From positions 178,932,001 to 178,996,000 of the forward strand of contig OX597816.1 in the NCBI GenBank assembly GCA_951406725.2: a DNA stretch of 64,000 bases, written 5' to 3'. Of the stretch, positions 26,074 to 38,000 are shown piece by piece. Numbering within the stretch: position 1 is the stretch's first letter; the number at the start of each line of letters is the position of its first letter. This DNA is from Octopus vulgaris. Its lineage: Eukaryota. The notes under the pieces are model-generated. The model saw nothing but the letters and a program-made list of their open reading frames with translations. It did not search any database and had not been told where the DNA came from. The position numbers were made by a program, and so were the translations under genes.

Positions 26074-26156
26074 TATATATATATACACATATATATATAT
26101 ATGTATACATATATAGGTATACACACACATATATATAAGTATGTATATATAAATAT

Positions 26157-29045
26157 GGTGGTTGTCTACTCCTTATGCAGAGTTTGACCACCTCTTGTAC
26201 CTACTCCTTAGAAGCATCATGGCATCTGATGTGGCTTTTTAAACCAGACAATGTTCTGAAAAGATGCCTACATAGATTGCATATCTGATTTGGAACACCA
26301 AGAGCTGCAAATAAGTTCTGATCTTTGTGGATCTTAAAATGTCTTTTGAGGCCTCCGTTGGATTTGCAAACCTTCCGGCATACACTAAATTCAAAGGTGT
26401 GCACAGTCATATAGGCAGAATAGTTGGTGGAGGTTCATTTTCATGGGTTTGCAAATGAGATTTGAGCCCAGCAGAAGAATGGCATGGTCTGTCACAGACT
26501 GTGCACACAAAAAGGTCATTGTCATTCACCTTCTCGATCGCAACATTCTTCCTTAGATCTCTTTTGAGTCTTACATGTATTACCCTGGCCTCTTCAAATG
26601 CTTTCACTCCACTTCACACTTTTGTTCGCTAATTCGATCTGAAGCAAGGGTTTCCATGTCTTCTGGGTCTATTCCAAGTGACTTCATAGTAGTCCTTATG
26701 CTATCCTTATACCTTTTTTTAGATTTATGCCGATAGCGTTTCCCTTCTGCTTGCTCACCATAAAACAGCTGTTTCAGCAGGCATTCATCTACCATTCAAA
26801 CAATATGGCCACACCATCTCATTTGGTTCCTCAAAATCATAGCTTCAACTGAGGTGATGCCAATAGATGCAAGGACATCTTTGTTTGGAGTAAAAGAACT
26901 CCATTTAATGTTTAAAATGCAATGAAAGCATTTTTGGTGGAATTGTTCTAACAATTTAAAATGTTTTTCATAAGTCCATGTTTCACAAGAATACAACAGG
27001 AATGGTAAGACTAATGATTTGTAAAGAGCCAACTTTGTATTCTTATTTATATGTCACTGGCATCAAACGCGTGACTCCAAACCACCAAATGCTTTTGCTG
27101 CCCTTTGAATTCACAGATGTATTTCTGTATCAAGATTTCCATCATTTGGTACAGCTCTTTCGAGGTAGATGAACGAATCAACAACCTCAAGTAACTTTCC
27201 CTTAACAAAAATTTTAGTGGGGTTACAAACAGCACCACATGCAGGTCGACACATTACAACTGTTTTTTTTTTTCAAGTTGATGGTCAAGCCAAAATCATC
27301 ACAAGCTGATTCAAATTCAGATACAAGAGATTGCAGACCTGTTTCAGAATGACTGATAAGATGGCAATCATCAGTATATAAAAGTTCCCAAATGAGTGAA
27401 GTAAAAACCTTTATTTTGAATTTCAGTCAGACTAAAAACATTCCCTGTTGTTCGATATTTTATGTAAATACCCTCCTCAGAGTTTTGAAAAGCATGTGAC
27501 AACACAACAGCAAAGTATGTTGCAAAGAGGGTGGGTGCATCAAGGTCTCCTTGCTTTACTCCATTTTCCACAGCAAAAGATTCAGAGAGCCTACCACCAA
27601 AGTTAACTGTAGCTTTCATATCTTGATGCAAAGCCCTGACCATGTTTACAAATTTTTCTGGGTAACCTATTTTCCTTAGAATTAGTCACAGAGCATTTCA
27701 ATTAACATTATCAAATACTTTGTTCAAACCAACAAAGTAATGGTATAGAGCAAGATTCTGTTCAATGCACTTTTCTTGTAATTGACTGACAGTAACGATA
27801 CAATCAGCTGTGCCCCTGGAGGAACGAAAACCACACTGAGACTCAGACACTATATTTGGAACTATGAAGGTATTTAAATGTTCTTACAAAATGTGGGTAA
27901 ATACCTTTCAAACCCCAGACAAAAGCGAAATCCCACGAAAATTGCCACACAGAATCCTTTGGCCCCAATTTATACAAGGAGATTAAAATGGCATCAATCC
28001 AGTCTTGAGGCACTTTCTCAGTTCTCCAACAGTGAGAAATTAATATATTTCAAACAAAGAGTTCAAACAATTTGTTACTCCCATATTTCAAGACTTCTGC
28101 CCAGATTCCATCAGACCCTGGAGACTTATTGTTATTCAGCTTATTCACAGCTAAATAAATGTCATTTAGAGTTGATTCAAATGCCATCTCTTCTATAACT
28201 GGAAGGTGTTCGATTTTTTCTATCCTCCTCATGTCAACGGATGATGGTCTATTCAAAAGTGCAGAAAAATATTCTACCCAGCGCTTGTGAATAGAAGCGG
28301 TGTTAGTCAGAAGCAAACGTCCATTTGCTGTTCTCACCAGAGCTATTGAAGAAGATTTTGAGCCATATACCTCTTTAACATAAGAGTACAAACTCTTGGC
28401 ATCATTTCTATCAGCTGCTTCTTGTGTCCCTTTTGCTCTATCATTCCACCTTTCCAGTTTAATTTTCCTTAGCGCAGTCTGCACTTTACTTTTCATCTTT
28501 TAGTAAGCTTTGTTTGAGTTGGGGTTGAATGACTGAGAAAGAAGTGTATTGCCTAAGTTTTGTTTTTCTAAAAGTAGATCATGCATTTCTGCTGATCTGT
28601 CTGAGAACCAGTCACTGGACTTACGTAATCTAAATCCCACTGACAAACTTGCAACCTGAAATACTTTTGTTTTGAAATCTTCCCATAGATTGTTTGGGTC
28701 AAGATTGAAGCTTTGTATTTCATCGTGGAATCTTTGCAAGTTGCCTGATTATTTAAAGTTTGCAACATTTAACTTTTTCGGTACCTTAGAACCAGACTGT
28801 CGATTTTTAGGCATTATCGAAAAATCTATTTTTTCACACACTAGATGATGGTCAGCCCAGCTCTCTGCCCCTCTCATGGCCCGGACACTAGAAACATCTT
28901 TCATATCATGTTTTCTGATCAGAATATAATCTATGAGATGCCAGTCCTTAGATCTTGAGTACATCCAGGTGATTTTATATTTATTTTGCTGCTTAAACAA
29001 AGTGTTGGTGGCAACCAGATTATTATCAGTACAAAACATCAAAAG
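26157..29045 (-). mobile_element. 5'-truncated, degraded RTE-clade LINE (APE C-terminus, RT, three C-terminal C2H2 zinc fingers)
   Basis: WHLIDYILIRK..DVSSVRAMRGAESWADHHLV (APE), KSPGSDGI, GVKQGDLDAPTLF, LLYSCETWT and QMRWCGHIV motifs. Fingers CTVCDRPCHSSAGLKSHLQTH, (F)SVCRKVCKSNGGLKRHFKIH and CNLCRHLFRTLSGLKSHIRCH. Many stops and frameshifts. Confidence 0.92.
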
Positions 29046-29049
29046 TGCT

Positions 29050-29500
29050 ACTCTTTCCTTTAACTTGAAAATACCCTCTTACCAGAATTGAGGTGGTTTC
29101 ATGGCGAAGAATTCATCAAAGTATCTTTTTATGTCATTCAAGGAATCGAAATTTTAACCATTAAGACTATTCTCCAGCGACCTGAATAAGTGGAAATCCA
29201 AAGGAGCAATATCTGGTGAATATGGAGGGTGGGGTAACACATCCCAGCTGATCTGCAACAATTTTTGTCTGGTTCCCAAAGCATCAAGTGCCGAAAATGA
29301 ACTTTTTTATCTTCCATTTTAAAGGGTTACAGAATTAACATAGGTTATAGGAACATAAACCTTCTTCTAAGAAAAAATAGCTTAAACTGTGCTCTAAATG
29401 GAGGTGTAGTCAAATCCTATTTTATGAACTCAACCGTGTTCTAAAATAAGTCAAAAGGTAAGCTACTATAAATCGGCACAAACTTTCTGGACAATCCAAT
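29050..29500 (-). mobile_element. Internally deleted mariner remnant
   Basis: Terminal repeat TTGGATTGTCCAGAAAGTTTGTGCCGAT. N-terminus MEDKKVHFRHLM is joined directly to WDVLPHPPYSPDIAPLDFHLFRSL. Confidence 0.82.
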
Positions 29501-30741
29501 ACATAGTATGATTGCAATAACTTGAGAGTATTACTGGTATTTATTTTATTGAAAATGTAAAATACAATCTACCTCATAACTACAAAGATATATATAAGGG
29601 CTAAATCATATTTAAGCAGCATGAATTCTTTACTACCATCTTTTAAGGTTTTGCTTGTTTTCTTTTGATAGGACTATAATATCTATATAATTTCATACAC
29701 AGGGATGCAAGAACTATTTTTTGTTAAAAAAAAAACAAACCAATTTTTCATAAATAAAAATGAAGCACATATGTTTAAAATATTGAAAGAATGATGATCT
29801 TTTGGAGAAAGTCGCATATGTGTGCCAGTGTGAGTTTGACTCATTCCTGGAACATGACAGACAATGCATGTGTGTGTGTGTGTGTGTGTGTGTTTCACTT
29901 TTCAGCTCACTCATGGACCTCAAAGGAAATGTTGGGTTCAAACAACATAAGAAATGGAAGTTAAAGAAATAAAAATTTTATGCAGAAATTGCTGAACAAA
30001 TAGATAAAACGGCTGATTTTATCAATGACACTTAAGAGATTTTCCCAAAATTTCATCAGAATTCTATAATTAATATTTTTTGTCCCTGCAACTGAAATCC
30101 TTTCTTCATTTCTGTTTTTTTTTCCCACTTTTGCCACACATTTGTTAATTTTTTTCACCCCATCCCTTTTTTTATATCCAACAGAAAGAGTAAAAGAATT
30201 TTAAAATAGTAGTGAAGCCATGTTTACCCATGCTTATTAATTTCTCTTTGTAATTTTTTTTCTACACAACATAAAAAATTAAATGAATCAATTAAAAGAA
30301 AAACAAGAATTTGTTTTGAACCTGATTTCATTATTGTTTGTGTTGATGGACAACTCAAATAACTTTTTGTCCATTAAGATATTTCAGTTTCCACACAAGA
30401 ACTGGGGTTAAACCACTTATGGTAAAGTCACAGCATTAGGGACCAATTCATATGTTTTTCAGGTAGGGGATGACATAGTCTAATGTCTTTTTCTTATCTT
30501 AATATAGTAGGGTTGGGCTGCTATTTCTGGCTGGTTGAGCAACTGTGTAACGACTCCTCACTTTGCTTTGCTGCAACCACTTGTTATGATCAACGGTGGT
30601 TCCCATTATACATCTCTTCAATTAAACAAAAGATAACTGAAATTTTCTTTTCAAGACCGAAGTAGTAATTTCAGCATGAAAGGTGATGTGAAAATGGGGT
30701 TGGGGTTAAGAAATTTGAAGAACACAGATTTTTTTGAAAAA

Positions 30742-31245
30742 TCTATATATATAAAAGTCAAGTTGTGTGTCTGTCTGTCTCCTACGATTTAGATTCCTAA
30801 CTACTCCCACATTTTGCGGTGCAGTTTAACCAAAACCGGGTATCTTATAGTCGTGATTCATATCGAGCCCTTCTGGGTATTAGCGCATGTCTACAATGAG
30901 TCTACGATTTTTAAAATAATTTACCATCATTTTTTTTTCATTTTAATGCATTTTTTCGCTATTATATAAGGGTAGTAACTCTCTAAAAATGTCTACGATG
31001 AGTCAACGATTTAAAAAAAAATTTACCATCATTTTTTTCCATTTTAATGCATTTTTTCGCTATTATATAAGGGTAGTAACTCTCTAAAAATGTCTACGAT
31101 GAGTCAACGATTTAAAAAAAAATTTACCATCATTTTTTTTTCCATTTTTAGTGCATTTTTTGCTATTTTTTGGCTATAACTCTCTAAAAATGCTTATATA
31201 GTTATTTCCCTTACAAACCCGAGTAACGCCGGGCGATACTGCTAG
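30742..31245 (+). mobile_element. Non-autonomous Helitron with internal tandem duplication
   Basis: A|TC...CTAG|T ends. A ~100-bp internal unit is repeated. Confidence 0.85.
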
Positions 31246-32149
31246 TTTTTTTATAAATGAAAGCTACAAAGACTATCAGATGTGTTTCAGAGTATGACAT
31301 ACAATAGAAAAAAAATGACAAAAAGAAAATTATTTTAATTGTGAAAAGTATGATGAAATAAGAGGAGTTATGAAATTTTTATCTCTGCAAATGTGAATTA
31401 CTTGTCAAAATGTTGAATGTTATCACATAGAAAATAATGGAAAAGAAAATTGTGGTGGCTATTATAGAGGATACAATGATGGGGGAAGGGCAGATGTTTA
31501 AAAAACATGGATTAAAAAAATTTTTTTTAAACAGGCTCCACCCACCCACCACCAATGATTTTGAAATGTGGGATAATAACAAATTTGAAAAAAATCCCGA
31601 GAAAGCAGAGAAATTTCACCTTATGTGAGATAGCTATTCTGAAAGTCTGCTGTCAAATAGCATGTGGCTGAGAGCTGCAGAAATACTCCAAAGCATCTAT
31701 CTAGTGATAGAAGATGGCTCCACCAAATATTTTAATTGCATGTAGTGCCATCTTAGGCATGGGTACACTGGATGGTTACTTGGAGGCCTCAAGGATCAAG
31801 GCTATGGCTTACTGCCAATAAATAGTCACTTTAGCATGCTGTCTAACCCTAAACCCAGCCCAGAAAGACTTCCGCCCGTCCCCCACCCATTTTCTCCCAA
31901 ATTTGTTTATTAAAAAATTGTTTTTTGCCTAAAATCCCCGTTTTCGGATACAGACGTTCCGGAAAATTGCCAAAAATCGGCATTGTGAAATTGCCCCCCC
32001 CCACCCCCTCCATTTCCCCCAACTTCTTCAATTTTGACTTTTTTCCCCAACACTAACCCTAAAACCCTAACTGTAAGTACAGAAATGTTTTGAAATTTTT
32101 GTCCGAATCATGATGTCCGTATTTTTCTGCATATTTAGAAAAAAAATCA

Positions 32150-33442
32150 GATCTTTTCGCTTTGACCGGCAGATTTTAAAAATAATTTCTATGTAACTAA
32201 ACACTTTTAAACTTCGTATACTGGTAGAATGTGTTCCATAAAACATCTTTTTCTTTTGGCTTTCTTGAGAAAATTCTGTAGTTTGTAAGCTATTTGTTGT
32301 TTTCGGCAATTTCAACCAATCAATGACGTCTATTGAGGTGAATACAATTTCTCCGGATATTTGTCAACAACAATTATTTGCGGTGTCATATGAATCTGTC
32401 ACTGTTATTTACGAGAAAAAAGATACCCTGTGGCCATAAACTGAGGGGTCACTCGTAAACAGAGCTGGATAACAAAACCGTTCCCTCTTTAGTGTCCACC
32501 CATAATTATGACCCTAGTATTGATCTATTGCATTTCAATCTGTTTTAGGGTTGGGTTAGGGTTAGAGTTAGGGTTAGAGTTAGGGTTAGGGTTGGGTTAG
32601 AGTTAGGATTAGGGTTGGGTTAGGGTTAGAGTTAGGGTTAGGGTTAGGGTTGGGTTAGGGTTAGAGTTAGGATTAGGGTTGGGTTAGGGTTAGAGTTAGG
32701 GTTAGGGTTAGGGTTGGGTTAGGGTTAGAGTTAGGATTAGGGTTAGGGTTAGGGTTGGGTTAGGGTTAGAGTTAGGATTAGGGTTGGGTTAGGGTTAGAG
32801 TTAGGGTTAGGGTTAGGGTTAGGGTTAGGTTAGAGTTAGGGTTAGGGTTGGGTTAGGGTTAGAGTTAGGATTAGGGTTAGGTTAGGGTTAGAGTTAGGGT
32901 TAGGGTTAGGGTTAGGGTTGGGTTAGAGTTAGGATTAGGGTTGGGTTAGGGTTAGGGTTAAGGTTAGGGTAGGGGAAGGGTATCTTTCTTTCTTCAGAAA
33001 TGTAAATAAACCCAATCTGTTTCTTAAACGAATATATAATTTGTAATGTGAGTAACTGTGCAACAGAGAGGGAAATTAAAACTGCATATGTTGTGAACTT
33101 AGGATATGCGTTTATTAATAAAAGTTTAATAACTTTTATTCATACGAACGTAACTGACATGAAATATGTCATAAATAACAGTGACAAATTCATATGACAC
33201 CGCAAATAATTGTTGTTGACAAACAGCAGTAATTGTATTCACCTCAATAGACATCATTGATTGGTTGAAATTGCCGAAATGCAAGAAATTAAACAACAAA
33301 TAGCTTACAAACTACAGAATTTTCTCAAGAAAGCCAAAAGAAAAAGATGTTTTATAAACACATTCTACCAGTATACGAAGTTTTAAAATATTTAGTTACA
33401 AAGAAATTATTTTAAAAATCTGCCGATCAAAGCGAAACGATC
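32150..33442. mobile_element. Inner MITE with ~265-bp terminal inverted repeats
   Basis: 32150-32411 is the near-exact reverse complement of 33172-33442. Both ends terminate in GATC. Confidence 0.9.
32545..32975 (+). repeat. Interstitial telomere-like (TTAGGG)n array with variant units
   Basis: About 70 units of TTAGGG, TTGGG, TTAGAG and TTAGGA. Confidence 0.97.
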
Positions 33443-33799
33443 CAAAAATTCTTAAAGAAAAATTTTACAAAGATTTTGGAAATTTTTTTGAGAATCATTA
33501 TCTCCGTATTTTTCCGCATATTTTGGAACAAAAAATTCTGAAAAAAAAAAAAGTTAAAAATAAAGGAAATGGGGGTGGGGGTGGTAATTTAGAAATGTCG
33601 ATTTTTGCCAATTTTTTTGCAGATTCGAATTCAGCATAGCCGAAAAGTGGGGTTTGTGTCGGATAAAAAAAATGTTTAAAAGGGTGGATTTTGGTGGGGG
33701 ACGGACGGAAGTCTTGGCCCCAACCTAAATCAGGTTATTTCACAACATAAGATTATGGTTACTGCAGTAGACCGCTCGAATAGATTTTGAGGAAAGAAG

Positions 33800-34191
33800 T
33801 TGGAATTGTTGTCAGCTTGTAGTTGCCATGACAGAATTCGACAGAGGAAGTGACGTCGGCGGAAGTGAAACCACGAAGATGTTGTTGATGTCGTAAAAGA
33901 CGGCTTCCACTGGTCTTTGCCTGCCATCCGCTGCTTCAACAGTCAGAAGCCTAAACAGTAGACTATCAAGTTACAGCCTCTCGGAAGTTGCTGATGTGGC
34001 ATCTACAAACACAACTCAGCCTCTTTTAACCCTCTGTCTACTTGGCATCATTCGTTGTTCCACGTTTACCATTTCCACTCGCGCACTTTTTCCTCTGGCA
34101 CCAAACCAAATACATTTCCTCTTCGTTTTCTCTTCTCTCTGTACACAAAAAGTCATCGTAATCTCCGATGTAAATTCTTTTATCACTAATC
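33800..34191 (+). promoter_or_regulatory. CpG-rich promoter and 5' UTR of a + strand gene
   Basis: GAGGAAGTGACGTCGGCGGAAGTGAAAC at ~33844-33871 (two ETS-type sites around a CRE-like TGACGTC). CpG enrichment persists to ~37 kb. Confidence 0.7.
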
Positions 34192-34252
34192 ATGAAGAAA
34201 TATATCTTAATTCTTTGCGCACTTTTGGATCTTTATATGGTCGTCTGTCAAG
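34192..34252 (+). CDS. First coding exon of a secreted/membrane protein (signal peptide MKKYILILCALLDLYMVVCQ, phase-1 intron)
   Basis: ATG in AATCATGA context, basic N-region plus hydrophobic core, plausible V-x-C|Q cleavage site, and a strong donor AAG|GTGAGT after 20 codons + 1 nt. Not in the ORF track. Confidence 0.72.
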
Positions 34253-34973
34253 GTGAGTTACCATTTATTTGTTTATAGAATTTCATTCGGTAAAATAGTC
34301 AAAGCATCGCCGCAGACATTCAGCGGATCCACCAAAGTTTCTTAACTGCAATAACATATTTGTTTCGGACCAGGCACTGCAAAACGAAAACTTTTGCCTG
34401 GGAGAAACACCCTCGGCAATCCACTTAACCGCCGTATGTTACTGGTACTTGTTTTACCGCCGGTTAAAAGACAATATCAACTCCAGAGAAGTTGATTTCG
34501 CAGTCAAAAAGAAAGAAGTGTCCTTAAATCGCCAAGGTTGTCAAAATGAAGCGTGTGTGTATAAAAGCGCACGTTCATAAAAAAATATATATTATTAATA
34601 CCACATTTAATGAAAGATCCATGGTAAACGGCTTTATGGAAATATCCTATTCTTAGGAAACTTACCTGAATATTCTCTACGGGGAGAACCAATTCTCTGG
34701 AGCCGATTCCATTGTATTGCACGATCGGGTCACACACTGTACACATTTCATGTGCATACCTGCAACCATTCTGTCTCATGCAAACACACGTGCATGTATA
34801 CACACACACACACGTGTGTGTGTGTATCACCTGTATCAATCAGACGGATGTTATATACCGCTGGTCACAGTGCGCTTCCAATTCTTTATTGATTGCGCCC
34901 TTATTTTCCATATTGGCCCAAATCGTTTAACTAAATCGTCTCCCCATCATCGTTTATGTGTGTATTATGCAAC

Positions 34974-35047
<74 letters not shown>

Positions 35048-38000
35048 GTTCTGGTTATGATAGACATTAAAAATTGAATATGAAATAATTGCTTATTGGA
35101 ATAAAAAGAAAGAAATTGAAAAGTAAAGTTGATAAACTCAGATGAAAATTTGTTCTGAATACTTCAGCAGAAAGAAAGAAGACTTTAAAAAGAAATTGTC
35201 ACTCTCAGCTTTTTGTCTAATACGTAATATCAGTTTCCACCTGCCATTGGGGGATAAACTTTCTATAAAGTTTACTTTCTGCTGGATTTATTTAATAAGT
35301 GACTGGATACATTTGTAAAAATGCCTTTAAATTCATATTAATAAAGCTGCAGAGCTGGGACGAGCCCTGTGCGGAGACAGTTCATAATGATGCTGTTTAG
35401 CCCCAGGTCAACCATGATCTGGAATACATACGTTGAAAGCTTTCGGCTGTTGTCATCTCGAGTGGGTGAGGCTATAAGTGTATCTGGGACAATTTTATAG
35501 TTTCGTGACGGTAGGATGCCATTTGAGGGCGATTTGATTGTCATTTATAGCAAGTTAGACTACAAAAAGGATTCCTTGCAATTGCTTGTTGTTATTTTAC
35601 TTCACTTATATCACTGTGGCTTTTGAGAAAGGCAGAGCCCTTTAGTCCCCAGGTCAGCAATATCTGATTCTGCAGCTTATGATCAAAGCTGTTCCCATAG
35701 TTACCCTCATATCATTTTTTTCTTTAGTGTACATTATTCAATGTGTACATTTTTCAAGACAGTAGGTCGTGATTCGAAGGGGATTTGGCTGCTATTTCTA
35801 GTAGTTCGAGCAACCATGTGGAGGCAGCCTTCAATGTTTATTCATTCAAGGAATGCGAGAAAAGACAAAGACAGTACCTTGATCGATTTGTTTTGATCAA
35901 TTCAGTAATGTCAATAAATGGGGTACAAGCCAACTGACTGGTGTCATCTCTTTCCTCTCTTCTTAGATTCTTAAGGAAATAGCAAGAAACAAACAAGCGA
36001 ATCAAAATGTTGACTAAGCAAATCTGCTCTGCATCACGTAGGCCAGACTCTGCCACCGACCGACCCCACACAATCTGTGTTGATGAACCAAGTCAACCCA
36101 CGCCAACTTTACAATACTTGTTGCTCAAACTTTTACGTTCCTGTCTCCACTTTGATAGAACTTTGGTGTTGTGGAGAAAGTGTTTATATGTATATATGTG
36201 TGTGTGTGTGTATAAAACGAGACGATGAGGGGGGGGAAAAACCCACTTTCTCCACAACACCAAAATTATATCCAAGTAGAAACAGGAGAGTAAAAGTTTG
36301 AGTGTCAAGTATTGTGTATTTAGCGTGGGTTTATGTATGTGTGTGTGTGTGTGTGTGTGTTGTCGCCTTCCTTAAGAATTTAGCCGGAAAATATGTGCCA
36401 AAAGCGGTAATTTCTTCAGCTGTGTGTTTTTAGATGACAATTCTACATTTTTTTAAGTGGGGAGGAGGGACAGATGGGGGACAGCTTGTTTCCCCCTCTT
36501 TCCGTAATTTTTCAGATCTAACTTTTTCTCAATAATTTTTTCAGATATTTATTTTTTAAAAAACTTTTGAGATTATGTTACTTTAAAAACATGCTTAACC
36601 TTTTCAAGCATTAATTTAAAAAGGGAGCAAAAAATCATTCCCACCAAAATAATAATAATTGGATTGGAACTTGATTTATAGACCCCAAAATGGCAAAAGG
36701 CAAACGTTGACCTCAGTAGTATTTGAACTCAGAATGTAAAGAGTTGGAAGAAATGTCACTCGGCATTCCTGTGATGCTCTTGAGATTCTGCCAACGTGCA
36801 CGCGCACGTTCGTTACACGCATACACATACATGTGCGCACGCACAACACGCACACATGTAATTATATGCATACATAGTCACTATATAAAGTGTTGTAATT
36901 ACTATAGAAGCTGAAATTTAAAATTGGTACTTTCGAAGCAGCTGTCTTGTTTCAATTAAAACGTATTTGATTAGTTTAGTGATCTAAAAATTGAAAAGAT
37001 ACCTATGTTCTCACCAAATGTTATTGCAATTTCGCCCTCCCTCTTAATGAGAAAAAAAATGTTTGCATCCATATACAATAATTCTTTTCTTTGCCATGGT
37101 GTTTGACAAGTTTGAAAAACATTTAAGTCAGCTAAATTTTCGGTTTAATTTTATTAAACATAGCAATTTATTACCCTCTTCACTCTTCAGTCTGCATTGC
37201 TCCACTCCAGCCTAAGCAAGGGTATACTTTCGTCTGAATGTGAAGCACTGGTTTAGTTCAAGTTGTATCTTCCCCTCACTGGCTGCCCTGCATTTAAGGA
37301 TGCAGGCATACACAGACACATGTCCTATTCCTTTTTGACACAAATCTCACAACTAACTGTGTAACATTGACATTGTTGGACTAGTGTCCTCAACTTGTTA
37401 TAGTTATGTTTTGGCTGTTGAAACCTGCAGCCTTATTCAAGTGCCTGTCATATTCAGTAACATTCTTTGAGTTTCAAACTGAACCCTTTATTTAAACCAC
37501 AGGGGGCAGATTATTCTCATACCATTATCCAAACTAGGAATATTCTCTTACTTGTGATGCTGTTTACTCATTCTGTATAAACATGTTTTTCCTGCAGTTC
37601 TTAAGTTGCCATTGTTCAAGAGGAACATTGATGGCATTGATCTCACAGATCGGAGACAGCCTCTAGATAAAACCCATACGCACATTTGAAACCAAATTCC
37701 TCTCATATAGCTTTTATCAATCCAAGGTTGCATTAGAAGACAATGCTAGCCCAAGGTGTTGTGCATTGAGAGCCCTTGGTTGCAAAATAAAATTCCTAGC
37801 CACGTGGCTATAGCTATTTCTAATAACACCTACTATACACAAATGTCTGTTTTTACCACTTTGGGTTCCTCTAGTTTGAATTTTTTTTCTTTTATTCTGT
37901 ATTACAGAAAGGAAACATTATTATTATTAATGTGGAGGTGCATAGCTTAGTGGTCAAGGTGTTGCACTCACCCAGGCTTCAATTCCTGGATTGGGCAATG

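Larger units (their letters stand above)
24597..26150. repeat. (TA)n-rich tract carrying several fold-back insertions
   Basis: Long TA runs separate three unrelated inverted-repeat blocks (24851-24988, 25148-25436, 25460-25948). Confidence 0.9.
31865..33715. mobile_element. Outer inverted-repeat element (MITE-like)
   Basis: AAGACTTCCGCCCGTCCCCCACC / GGTGGGGGACGGACGGAAGTCTT, with further diverged inverted blocks inward. Confidence 0.7.

Noticed and set aside
24531-26191. Many YI/IY-repeat ORFs (also 16.8, 21.9 and 50.2 kb)
   Set aside because: Translations of (TA)n/(CA)n microsatellites, not proteins.
26201-26607. Host C2H2 zinc-finger gene
   Set aside because: Contiguous and co-oriented with the RTE ORF, and followed by the LINE 3' end.
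29906-29972. Terminal-exon candidate after TTTCACTTTTCAG (LTHGPQRKCWVQTT* or SLMDLKGNVGFKQHKKWKLKK*)
   Set aside because: No upstream exons or recognisable homology; frame ambiguous.
32545-32975. True telomere or chromosome fusion scar
   Set aside because: Single orientation, degenerate, and enclosed symmetrically by MITE inverted repeats; no head-to-head TTAGGG/CCCTAA junction.
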